From NCBI GenBank assembly GCA_964374025.1, contig CAYJWU010000002.1:25495-64879 (forward strand): a stretch of DNA of 39,385 nucleotides. Direction: 5' to 3'. The DNA comes from an uncultured Candidatus Saccharibacteria bacterium (GTDB lineage Bacteria; Patescibacteriota; Minisyncoccia; Spechtbacterales; HO2-43-30). Below the pieces are notes generated by a model, which did not search any database, had not been told where the DNA came from, and was given only the letters and a program-made list of their open reading frames with translations. Shown in pieces: positions 15,946-24,670 of the stretch. Position numbers and translations under genes: made by a program. Position 1 is the stretch's first letter, and every line of letters starts with the position of its first letter.

Positions 15946-18900
15946 ACCCCGTGCCTGCTGGTATTATCTTTCCTATTATAACATTTTCTTTCAATCCCAC
16001 CAACTTATCTTCCCGCCCCATCACTGCCGCGTCTATTAATACCCGGGATGTTTCCTGAAATGAAGCGGCCGCGAGAAAGCTAGAGCTTGCAAGCGAGGCC
16101 TTTGTAACACCAAGAAGCACCGCCTCAAAGCCCGCCTCTTTTTTATTACTTTTCTTGAGTTTTTTGTTTTCTTCCATAACCTCGGGCAACTCCACAATTT
16201 CTCCGGGGACAAAGTTGGATTCCCCCACGGTAGTAATTCGCACGCGCGAAAACATCTGGCGCACTATAATTTCTATGTGTTTATCGTGAATACTCGCCCC
16301 CTGGGATGTGTATATTTTTTGTATAGATCCTATTACATATTTTTCGACCGCCCGCCGTCCGGACTGCTCGTATAGATCCTGCAAATCTATATTGCCCTCG
16401 GACAACTGCTGACCTCTTGTGACAATCTCTCCTTTTTTTACAAGAACGGCTATGTTTTGGGGCACCGCGTACTCTACGATACCGGATGATTTTTTTGAGG
16501 CCTTTCTTGATAAAACACTGGGATTTTCTTTATCTTGCTCTACTTTTATTATTCGCTCCTTATCCTTCTCCTCAATAGAATAAACCCGCCCGGAAACAAC
16601 GGATATCGCGGCTTTGCCTTTGGGCGCGCGGGCTTCAAAAATCTCTTCAACTCTTGGGAGTCCTTGCGTAATATCGCTCGCGCCCGCTACTCCACCGGTG
16701 TGGAAGGTACGCATTGTAAGCTGTGTGCCCGGTTCCCCTATGGCTTGGGCGGCCACTACTCCGACTGCTTCTCCAATTTTTACCGGAACATTATGACCCA
16801 AGTCCCACCCGTAACATTTTACGCAGACCCCACCTGTGGTCTTACAAGTTATTGTCGAGCGGACCATGACGCTTTTAACGCCGGACGCTTCAATTTCTTT
16901 GGCTTTTCCAAAATCAATAACATCCGGGCCCTCGGATTTTTTGACCTTGCGGCCGTCCGTTCTAAGTAACGCTCTCCCGACTATCTTCTCCGCGAATGTT
17001 TGCCCCGTGTATTCCGCTTCGGCCCGCGTTATTTCAAATCCTTCCGTATCGCGGCAATCCGCTTCCTGAACAACAATATTTTGAGAAACATCCACCAGCC
17101 GCCGAGTAAGGTACCCTGCCGTAGCTGTGCGAAGAGCTGTATCAGCCGTACCTTTTCTCGCGCCATGAGTAGATATAAAGTATTCAAGAGGCGTCAATCC
17201 CTCCTTAAAGCTTGACTCCACCGGCATCTCCATAGTTTGCCCGGAGGGATTTACGACAAGGCCCTTCATCGCGGTCATCTGGTATATCTGCGACCAGGAA
17301 CCGCGGGCCCTTGAATTTACAATCATAGATACGGACCCCTTGGGATCCAAATAATTAGGCACAAGACTTGTAAGTGTCTGTCTAGCCTGCTGCCATACTT
17401 CAATAATCTTGTATCTTCGTTCCTCAACGCTCAAAAGACCTTCGTTGAACTGGGTCCGGATAAGCTCGGTTTTCTGACGCGCCTCTTCGAGTATTTTGTC
17501 TTTCTCTTTGGGCACAGTAAGGTCGTCCATAGACCAGCTCATTCCTGAAAGCGTGGCATACAAAAACCCGAGGGTTTTAATCTTGTCAAGAACTTCGCTT
17601 GTGCGCTTATTGCCGTATCTTGCAAAAATACTTGAAATAATATCCCCCAAAACTTTCGCGTTTAGTTCTTCGTTTACAAAGGCAAAGTCCTCGGGTAACG
17701 CCCTATTAAAAAGCACTCTCCCGACACACGTCTCAAGATACGCCTTATCTTTTCCATCGCGCGAATAAGACAAAACTTTTATTTTCTCTCTAAGGCCTAT
17801 GACGCCCATATCATGCGCGAGCTCGGCGTCCTGAAACGACTTAAATGTCCGGCGAATCTCTCCGTCCTCCAATTTACTCATCCAATAACATCCAAGGACG
17901 ATATCCTTAGTCGGGGTGGCTATCGGGCCTCCGGTCGCGGGCTTCAAGAGATTCAGAGAGGAAAGCATAACATTTCGCGCCTCTGCCTGCGCCTCCTGTG
18001 AAAGGGGCACGTGAACGGCCATCTGATCGCCGTCGAAATCGGCATTGAAGGCAGCGCAAACAAGCGGATGAATTTGAATCGCCTCGCCCTCAATAAGCAC
18101 GGGCTGAAATGCCTGTATTCCGAGCCGATGGAGCGTAGGAGCGCGGTTCAACAACACGTACTTTCCCCTTATAACCTCTTCGAGTATCGCCCATACCTCA
18201 AAAGTTGCATCTTCAATCAGGCGTCCCGCGGCCCTAATGTTATAAGCAAGTTCTCGCTCAATAATTTTTTGGATAACAAATGGCCGGAATAGCTCCAATG
18301 CCATTTTCTTTGGAAGCCCGCATTGATGCAAAGCAATCTCGGGTCCCACGACAATAACGGATCTGCCGGAGTAATCAACTCGTTTTCCGAGCAAATTCTG
18401 TCGGAATCGCCCCTGCTTGCCTTTCAGCATATCGGCCAACGATTTTAATAATCTTTTGCCGCCTGATGTCGCGGTGACAGTTTGAGTTTTGCGAGCGGAG
18501 TTATCAATAAGCGCGTCTACCGCTTCCTGAAGCATTCTTTTCTCATTACGGCAAATAACCTCTGGGGCGTTTATCTCACGAAGCCGCTTGAGCCGATTGT
18601 TTCTGTTGATTACCCTGCGATAAAGATCGTTTAAGTCGCTTGTCGCGTACCTTCCTCCATCGAGCTGCACCATTGGACGCAGTTCCGGCGGCAAAACTGG
18701 CAGCACCGTCAAAAACATCCACTCCGGCCTCGCCTTGCCCTCAATAAATCCGCGTATGGTACGGAGCCTTCGCAAAATTTTACGCCTGTTAACTCCTTGA
18801 GTTTCTTCAGCTGACTTCTCAAGACCGGCCTTGAGCTTATTTAAGTCCAATCCCCCTATTATTTTTACGAGGGCCTCTGAACCCGTGCCCGCGCTGAAGA

Positions 18901-19510
18901 CTTCTCCGTATTTCAAACTCAAATCAAAATATTCCATCTCGGAAATAATACGATTTGGCCTAAACGAATTAATAATCTCCAACTCCTTGTTTTTTCTCGC
19001 CTCGAGCTGTTTTCTGCTCTTGGGCTCCGCTTTTAGCCTTCGCTTGTATTCTTCATTCAGTCGTTTCAAGGCGTCTTTTTTCGCGTCGGTAAAAACGTCG
19101 GTAATAATGTAAGAGGCGTAATACACCACCCTTTCAATCTGCTGCAGGGGTATGTCGAGCACAAGGCCTATTTGCGACGGCACGCCCCTTAAGAACCATA
19201 TATGGGCTACGGGAACCGCAAGCTTGATATGGCCCATGCGCTCACGGCGAACAACTGACCTTGTTATTTCAACGCCGCATTTATCGCAAATAATTCCCTT
19301 GTAGCGAATACGCCTGTACTTCCCGCAATAACACTCATAATCTTTTTCGGGACCAAAAATGCGTTCGCAGAAAAGCCCGTCTTTTTCCGATTTTTGCGTT
19401 CGGTAATTTATCGTTTCTGGTTTTGTCACCTCGCCATGAGACCAACTCAATATATCCTCCGGAGAGGCGATTTTTAATTTTATGGATGTAAAATCGCTAA
19501 CTTTCGGCAT
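15932..19510 (-). CDS. rpoC: DNA-directed RNA polymerase subunit beta'
   Basis: It has the zinc motif CYCGKY...CDKCGV and the catalytic NADFDGDQM. The preferred ATG is at 19510 (MPKVSDF), overlapping the rpoB stop by 14 nt. The 3' end overlaps the ftsK start by 14 nt. Confidence 0.95.
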   Translation of the reverse strand: MPKVSDFTSIKLKIASPEDILSWSHGEVTKPETINYRTQKSEKDGLFCERIFGPEKDYECYCGKYRRIRYKGIICDKCGVEITRSVVRRERMGHIKLAVPVAHIWFLRGVPSQIGLVLDIPLQQIERVVYYASYIITDVFTDAKKDALKRLNEEYKRRLKAEPKSRKQLEARKNKELEIINSFRPNRIISEMEYFDLSLKYGEVFSAGTGSEALVKIIGGLDLNKLKAGLEKSAEETQGVNRRKILRRLRTIRGFIEGKARPEWMFLTVLPVLPPELRPMVQLDGGRYATSDLNDLYRRVINRNNRLKRLREINAPEVICRNEKRMLQEAVDALIDNSARKTQTVTATSGGKRLLKSLADMLKGKQGRFRQNLLGKRVDYSGRSVIVVGPEIALHQCGLPKKMALELFRPFVIQKIIERELAYNIRAAGRLIEDATFEVWAILEEVIRGKYVLLNRAPTLHRLGIQAFQPVLIEGEAIQIHPLVCAAFNADFDGDQMAVHVPLSQEAQAEARNVMLSSLNLLKPATGGPIATPTKDIVLGCYWMSKLEDGEIRRTFKSFQDAELAHDMGVIGLREKIKVLSYSRDGKDKAYLETCVGRVLFNRALPEDFAFVNEELNAKVLGDIISSIFARYGNKRTSEVLDKIKTLGFLYATLSGMSWSMDDLTVPKEKDKILEEARQKTELIRTQFNEGLLSVEERRYKIIEVWQQARQTLTSLVPNYLDPKGSVSMIVNSRARGSWSQIYQMTAMKGLVVNPSGQTMEMPVESSFKEGLTPLEYFISTHGARKGTADTALRTATAGYLTRRLVDVSQNIVVQEADCRDTEGFEITRAEAEYTGQTFAEKIVGRALLRTDGRKVKKSEGPDVIDFGKAKEIEASGVKSVMVRSTITCKTTGGVCVKCYGWDLGHNVPVKIGEAVGVVAAQAIGEPGTQLTMRTFHTGGVAGASDITQGLPRVEEIFEARAPKGKAAISVVSGRVYSIEEKDKERIIKVEQDKENPSVLSRKASKKSSGIVEYAVPQNIAVLVKKGEIVTRGQQLSEGNIDLQDLYEQSGRRAVEKYVIGSIQKIYTSQGASIHDKHIEIIVRQMFSRVRITTVGESNFVPGEIVELPEVMEENKKLKKSNKKEAGFEAVLLGVTKASLASSSFLAAASFQETSRVLIDAAVMGREDKLVGLKENVIIGKIIPAGTGYGEK

Positions 19511-22500
19511 GTTTTTGTTCTTTAACTTCAACGTTTAATCCTAGGGATTTAAGTTCGGAAACAAGCACGTTAAATGATTCCGGCACATTTGGTTTTTTAA
19601 TTGACTCGCCCTTAATAATGCTTTCATACGCGGAAGAACGCCCCATTACATCATCCGACTTAATTGTAAGAATCTCCTGAAGTATGTGCGCCGCGCCATA
19701 ACCTTCCAACGCCCAGACCTCCATTTCCCCGAACCTCTGACCACCAAACTGCGCCTTTCCCGAAAGAGGCTGTTGGGTAATTAGGGAATACGGGCCTATT
19801 GCCCTCATATGTATTTTATCCTCCACCATATGTATCAGTTTCATTACATACATGTATCCGATAGTCACTCTATTTTCAAAAGGAAGGCCCGTGTAACCGT
19901 CATATAAGGTAATCCGGCCATCCTGAGGAAGCCCCGCGGCTTTAAGCTCCGAACGTATATCGTCTTCGCGAGCTCCGGATAAAGCGGGGGTTACGGCTTG
20001 GTATCCAAGCGTGTGCGCCGCCCACCCAAGGTGCGTTTCCAAAATTTGACCGATATTCATTCGCGACGGCACGCCCAAGGGATCCATTACAAGGTCTACC
20101 GGAGTGCCATCCGGAAGATACGGCATCTCCTCTTCCGGTAAAACTCTCGCGATAACGCCTTTGTTTCCGTGTCGGCCCGCTATTTTGTCTCCGGCCCCTA
20201 TTTTTCTGACTTGTGCTACTTCAATTTGAATACTTTTTATAACACCCGGGGGAAGCCGGTCTCCTTTCTCCCTTGAAAATATATATACGCCAACAACCCT
20301 CCCCCTCTTCCCATGGGGAAGGGTGAGTGAAGTATCTTTAATATCGCGCGCTTTCTCCCCGAATATTGCCCTAAGCAATCTTTCTTCGGAAGTAAGGTCG
20401 CTCTCACCCTTGGGAGATATTTTTCCCACAAGTATGTCGCCCGCCGTAACATACGCCCCAACCATAATAACGCCCTCCTCGTCCAGGTTACGGAGCTTTT
20501 CTTCGGAGACATTGGGAATATCGCACGTAGTGACCTCTGGCCCAAGTTTTGTTTCGCGTATATCAACCGAAAAATCTTCTATATGTATTGAGGAAAAGGC
20601 GTCTTCACGCACAAGCTTTTCTGATACTATGACGGCATCTTCGAAATTATGCCCGCGCCATGAGAGAAACGCGGTTAGAACATTTCTGCCCAAAGCCAAT
20701 ACTCCATTCTGCACGGAAGAACCATCCGCGATTATATCTCCCTCCTTCACCTTATCTCCGGGCTTAACACGCGCCTTTTGGTGAATAATAGTATATTGGT
20801 TAGACCTCTTAAAATTTGTTAGCGGATACTCTATTTTTCTTGCTCTTTTTTGCTTGGAGTTTGCCGCGCTTGATTTTGATTTGGCGCTTATAATAATATG
20901 TTCCGCGTCTGCCTCTACGACCTCCCCATCCGCCTCTGCTATAGCCACCAATCTTGAATCCAAAGCTACGCGCTCTTCGAGGCCCGTCCGTACATCCGGA
21001 GATTCTGGCCTCACGCACGGCACCGCTTGACGCTGCATATTAGAACCCATGAGGGCGCGATTCGCGTCGTCGTGTTCCAGAAATGGAATCAAGGCAGTAG
21101 CCACGGATATCGCTTGCTGGGAGGATACGTCAACATACTGCACCTTACTTTTTTCTATAAGCCCCGGAGTTCCCCTTATGCGCGCGCGTACCAATTTGCC
21201 GACAATTGTGTTGTTTGAATCCACCGACACATCGGATGAGGCAATATTCATCCGCTCTTCCTGATGCGCGTTTAAGTATTCTATTTCTTTGGTTATTTTT
21301 CCGTTTGCTACCTTAAAATAAGGGGTTTCTAAGAAGCCATACTCGTTAAGCCGCGCGTATGAAGCGAGGTGCCCTACAAGCCCGATATTGGGACCTTCCG
21401 GGGTCTGTATGGGGCAAATTCTTCCATAGTGAGATGGCTGTACGTCTCTCACTTCGAATCCCGCGCGCTCGCGAGTAAGCCCGCCGGGGCCAGTTGCTGA
21501 AAGCCGCCGTTTATGTTCGAGCTCGGAAAGCGGATTCGTGTTATCCATAAACTGGGAAAGCTGGCCAGTTGTAAAAAACTCCCGCACTATCGCGATAACC
21601 GGGCGCGCGTTTATAAGTTGGGAAGGGGTAAGTGTCGCCGGATCAAGCGTGGACATTTTATCGCGAATAATTCTTTCCATACGGGTAAGGCCTACTCTTA
21701 AGCGGTTCAAAAGGAGCTCCCCCACGGCGCGCACCCTTCTGTTGCCAAGGTGGTCAATATCATCCGGGTGCGCTTCCGGATCATTATTCATTCTTATAAT
21801 CTCGTACAACACGCCCACTACATCTTCGAGGTGCAGAACCCGTTCTTGTTTGGAATAAGATTCGCCGTTTACCCCCGGAGTCGCGAGACGCTGCCCCATT
21901 TTCCATCGCCCAACCTTTGACAAATCGTATCTTTCAAAATTAAAGAACATATTCTCTATAAGCTGACGCGCGTTATCCACGGTTGCAAGATCCCCGGGCC
22001 TTATTCTCCTGTACACTTCTATGAGAGCTTCGTCGCGATTGCGGGAAGGATCGCGTTTGAGCGTCTCTTCTATATAAGAAGTATTGGAATCGGTATCCAC
22101 TTTTTTAAAAAATTTCCGAATGTCTTCATCTTTTTCCGCGCCAAAAGCGCGAAGCAATGTCGTTGCCGGAACCCTGCGGCGCCTGTCAATTTTTACGCCA
22201 ATAACGCCCTGCGAATCTGTGTCAAACTCAAGCCACGCGCCTCTATTGGGAATGATTTTAGCGCCGAAAAATTCTTTTCCTCCGTGCCAGCTAGACGTGA
22301 AGAAGGCTCCGGGGGAGCGAATAAGCTGCGAAATCACTATGCGCTCAACGCCATTCACGATAAAAGTGCCGCGCTTAGTCATTAAAGGAAAATCTCCCAA
22401 GTACACCTCTTGCTCTTTTTTCTCTCCCGTGCGCTTATTAAGCAAGCTCATGCGCACTCGCAGAGCCGCTTCAAAAGAAGCATTGCGTTCCCGGGCTGTA

Positions 22501-22709
22501 AACTCGTCGTACTTCTGCTCATCTAGCCGATAATTCAAAAAGTGCAACTCAAAATCCTTATCCCCGTAATCTCTTACCGGGGAAATTTCATCAAAAAGCT
22601 CCCGAAGTCCCTTTTCCCAGAACCACTCGTATGATCGGCTTTGAATCTCGAGGAAATTTGGGAAGTCGAAGGCCCTATAATTGTGCTTGCTGAAATTTTT
22701 AGTTTTCAT
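19497..22709 (-). CDS. rpoB: DNA-directed RNA polymerase subunit beta
   Basis: Conserved blocks are GRYNKRLGD-like, HYGRICPIQTPEGPNIGL, AGRHGNKGV and FGEMEVWALE. The ATG is at 22709 (the ORF opens with a TTG at 22718). Confidence 0.95.
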   Translation of the reverse strand: MKTKNFSKHNYRAFDFPNFLEIQSRSYEWFWEKGLRELFDEISPVRDYGDKDFELHFLNYRLDEQKYDEFTARERNASFEAALRVRMSLLNKRTGEKKEQEVYLGDFPLMTKRGTFIVNGVERIVISQLIRSPGAFFTSSWHGGKEFFGAKIIPNRGAWLEFDTDSQGVIGVKIDRRRRVPATTLLRAFGAEKDEDIRKFFKKVDTDSNTSYIEETLKRDPSRNRDEALIEVYRRIRPGDLATVDNARQLIENMFFNFERYDLSKVGRWKMGQRLATPGVNGESYSKQERVLHLEDVVGVLYEIIRMNNDPEAHPDDIDHLGNRRVRAVGELLLNRLRVGLTRMERIIRDKMSTLDPATLTPSQLINARPVIAIVREFFTTGQLSQFMDNTNPLSELEHKRRLSATGPGGLTRERAGFEVRDVQPSHYGRICPIQTPEGPNIGLVGHLASYARLNEYGFLETPYFKVANGKITKEIEYLNAHQEERMNIASSDVSVDSNNTIVGKLVRARIRGTPGLIEKSKVQYVDVSSQQAISVATALIPFLEHDDANRALMGSNMQRQAVPCVRPESPDVRTGLEERVALDSRLVAIAEADGEVVEADAEHIIISAKSKSSAANSKQKRARKIEYPLTNFKRSNQYTIIHQKARVKPGDKVKEGDIIADGSSVQNGVLALGRNVLTAFLSWRGHNFEDAVIVSEKLVREDAFSSIHIEDFSVDIRETKLGPEVTTCDIPNVSEEKLRNLDEEGVIMVGAYVTAGDILVGKISPKGESDLTSEERLLRAIFGEKARDIKDTSLTLPHGKRGRVVGVYIFSREKGDRLPPGVIKSIQIEVAQVRKIGAGDKIAGRHGNKGVIARVLPEEEMPYLPDGTPVDLVMDPLGVPSRMNIGQILETHLGWAAHTLGYQAVTPALSGAREDDIRSELKAAGLPQDGRITLYDGYTGLPFENRVTIGYMYVMKLIHMVEDKIHMRAIGPYSLITQQPLSGKAQFGGQRFGEMEVWALEGYGAAHILQEILTIKSDDVMGRSSAYESIIKGESIKKPNVPESFNVLVSELKSLGLNVEVKEQKHAES

Positions 22710-22765
22710 AAAACACAAAATAAATAATACTTCATTTGCTTATGAAGTTTTACAATAAATTTTCG

Positions 22766-22794
22766 ATTTTACGCAAGATTCCTTGTTGTCACAA
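22766..22794 (-). promoter_or_regulatory. Candidate promoter for rpoBC
   Basis: The minus strand reads TTGTGA (22794-22789), a 17-nt spacer, then TAAAAT (22771-22766). This leaves a 5' UTR of about 50 nt containing the hairpin CTTCAT-TTGCTT-ATGAAG. Confidence 0.4.
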
Positions 22795-22917
22795 GGGTAG
22801 AAAATTTCCGCCAAAGGCGGATCAGCCTCTGGATGAAAAAATTAGATATAGAGATATTCTACACGAAAGGTGTAAATCTTGTCAAGGGCCATAATCAACT
22901 CTGTCCCAACACTCACT

Positions 22918-23517
22918 TTAATAATGGACTTTTACATAAAAATAATTTTTGCGTGAGGTGTTCCACGACCAAGGCTGCCACTTGCCAAAATTCCAATCTC
23001 TTAATATCTCCCCATAAGTTCGTGTAGTGTTGCCAATTGGCAGAGTCGCACTCCAAGCTTTCTTTGGTAACCCCGAATCGTACACATAGAAAAGTTGGAT
23101 GTCGTCATCGTATCCCCATAATGTTATCCAATGGGGAACTAACTTGCCCAAAATTGGGGTATATTTTTCACTTAAATATCCATTACCAATACGAATCATC
23201 ACGAGATTATCTTGCGAAAGAAACGTTTTGAGAAGATTGATTTTTTCTTCGCCGGAAAGATATTTTGCGGTATTCGTTTCGGCGTGAAGTCCGTAAGATC
23301 TGAATATATTCTCATAATACTTTTCACCAACTACCACACTAATGAGATGTTGTCCTATCCAATTCGTGTGGTACTCTTCGGGGTGTTTTTTGTTATCCAA
23401 TCCGAACGCACTCAATATTGCCTTTAGTGAATATACTCCACAGTGGCTTAATCCTTGTTTAAGGTATTCTTGTGGCCTTCTGTTTGAAACAAAAGATGAT
23501 GGATTAGTGAAACTCAT
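22918..23517 (-). CDS. Papain-fold cysteine peptidase, C39-like/BtrH_N-like
   Basis: The 199-aa product has a candidate catalytic Cys in QGLSHCGVYSLKAIL and a candidate His in LVPHWITLWGYDD. The family call is from motif memory. Confidence 0.55.
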   Translation of the reverse strand: MSFTNPSSFVSNRRPQEYLKQGLSHCGVYSLKAILSAFGLDNKKHPEEYHTNWIGQHLISVVVGEKYYENIFRSYGLHAETNTAKYLSGEEKINLLKTFLSQDNLVMIRIGNGYLSEKYTPILGKLVPHWITLWGYDDDIQLFYVYDSGLPKKAWSATLPIGNTTRTYGEILRDWNFGKWQPWSWNTSRKNYFYVKVHY

Positions 23518-23770
23518 CGAGGAAGAAGATAATTTTCTTAATCATAGTTTGATTCTACCGAGAAACCGCCCTTCGACAAAGCTCGGGGCGATTCTTTGAA
23601 AATTAGCCAGGCTAAGTTTAAGATTACCTGCGTCTTTTACTCTTCTCTGCTTCCAGCTATATATTCTACTAATTAATGACTCTCTCAGTATAGCAGATTT
23701 AAGGGCTAACACCAACGCATAAACTTACCCCACCTTTGCTACTCACCATATTTATCCCCAAGACAGGCTA

Positions 23771-23798
23771 TTGACAGGGTTTGCTGGCTTGCTATACT
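23771..23798 (+). promoter_or_regulatory. Orphan sigma70-type promoter in ORF-free DNA
   Basis: The -35 is TTGACA (23771-23776), the spacer is 16 nt, and the -10 is TATACT (23793-23798). Confidence 0.5.
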
Positions 23799-23804
23799 GA
23801 CAAC

Positions 23805-23850
23805 GTGATGACACTCTGGAGTATCCGCAAGGATAGCTCCAGATTTTTTT
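23805..23850 (+). ncRNA. Candidate ~45-nt small RNA ending in a GNRA-loop terminator; antisense to the 3' end of the NYN gene
   Basis: A predicted TSS lies about 7 nt after the -10. The hairpin is CTGGAGTATCC-GCAA-GGATAGCTCCAG (23816-23842) with one bulged G, followed by A then T7 (23844-23850). There is no ORF between the promoter and the terminator. Confidence 0.35.
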
Positions 23851-24361
23851 ATTGGCTGATTTTGCCTTTGAGCTTGCGTAAATCAATGTATTTGGCTCTC
23901 TCCAGCAACTCTTTTGAGATATGACCCCTGGTGGACATTACGATAATTCGCTTGCCAACCTTTTTTATTCGGTCAATCGGCACGGCAAAATCGCTGTCTC
24001 CTGATAAAAGCACCGCCGTATCGTACTTTTCTTTCGTATCGTCCATCTCAAAAGCCAGTTCCATATCCAGATTGCTTTTCCATTCCTCTTTGCCGCTTTT
24101 GCGGTCTTTAATTTTTTTGACCACTTTAGTTCGCAGGATATAACCGTTTATCTCAAGCATATCCAAAAACTTTCGTTGTGCTGTATTGAACTCATCCACC
24201 CCTTTGTAAATAAAACATTTTGCATCGTTGCCGCACTCTTTTTTGAGATAGTTCATCAGCTTTTGATAAAAAAGTTTCCAACCCAAAGTTCGCTGGGAGT
24301 AAAACACATTTTCAGCGTCTATAAAGACATAAACTCTGCCTTTTATAAATTGGCGTAGCAT
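23849..24361 (-). CDS. NYN/LabA-like (PIN-related) domain protein
   Basis: Matching blocks are VYVFIDAENVFY, AVLLSGDSDFAVPIDRIKKVGKRIIVMS and an acidic-residue pattern typical of NYN/DUF88. Confidence 0.75.
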   Translation of the reverse strand: MLRQFIKGRVYVFIDAENVFYSQRTLGWKLFYQKLMNYLKKECGNDAKCFIYKGVDEFNTAQRKFLDMLEINGYILRTKVVKKIKDRKSGKEEWKSNLDMELAFEMDDTKEKYDTAVLLSGDSDFAVPIDRIKKVGKRIIVMSTRGHISKELLERAKYIDLRKLKGKISQ

Positions 24362-24396
24362 AGAGGCATTTTTACTTTATCAGATTTTTGTAATTT

Positions 24397-24597
24397 TTGC
24401 CATCTCGTTACTCGCTACGGTTTAGAAACCAAAAAACTCCGGCGTTAAGAGTTCTTTGCGGGGTAGCAAGCGAGAGGAAAACCTTTTCGCTTTCAAGCCT
24501 ATTTGTTGAAGAAGATAATGAAGAGGTTCTTAAGTTTTACGAAAAGAGAGGGTGGTTTGTTCTTTACAAAGTATTTTGCATGGAAAAGCAACTTTAA
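24397..24597 (+). pseudogene. Possible remnant of a GNAT acetyltransferase C-terminus
   Basis: Only the segment LFVEEDNEEVLKFYEKRGWFV resembles the GNAT motif-B region. I found no upstream GNAT motifs in any frame. Confidence 0.25.
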
Positions 24598-24621
24598 TAT
24601 ATGCACATTTCTTATCCATAC

Positions 24622-24648
24622 ATCGCCAATCTCAAATTGGCGATTTTT
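24622..24648. terminator. Hairpin between convergent transcription units
   Basis: ATCGCCAAT-CTCAA-ATTGGCGAT is followed by TTTT on the plus strand and preceded by an A/T-rich tract. It lies 23 nt from the stop of the Wzy/TPR gene. Confidence 0.45.
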
Positions 24649-24670
24649 AAATAAAAACCTCTTACTCCAC

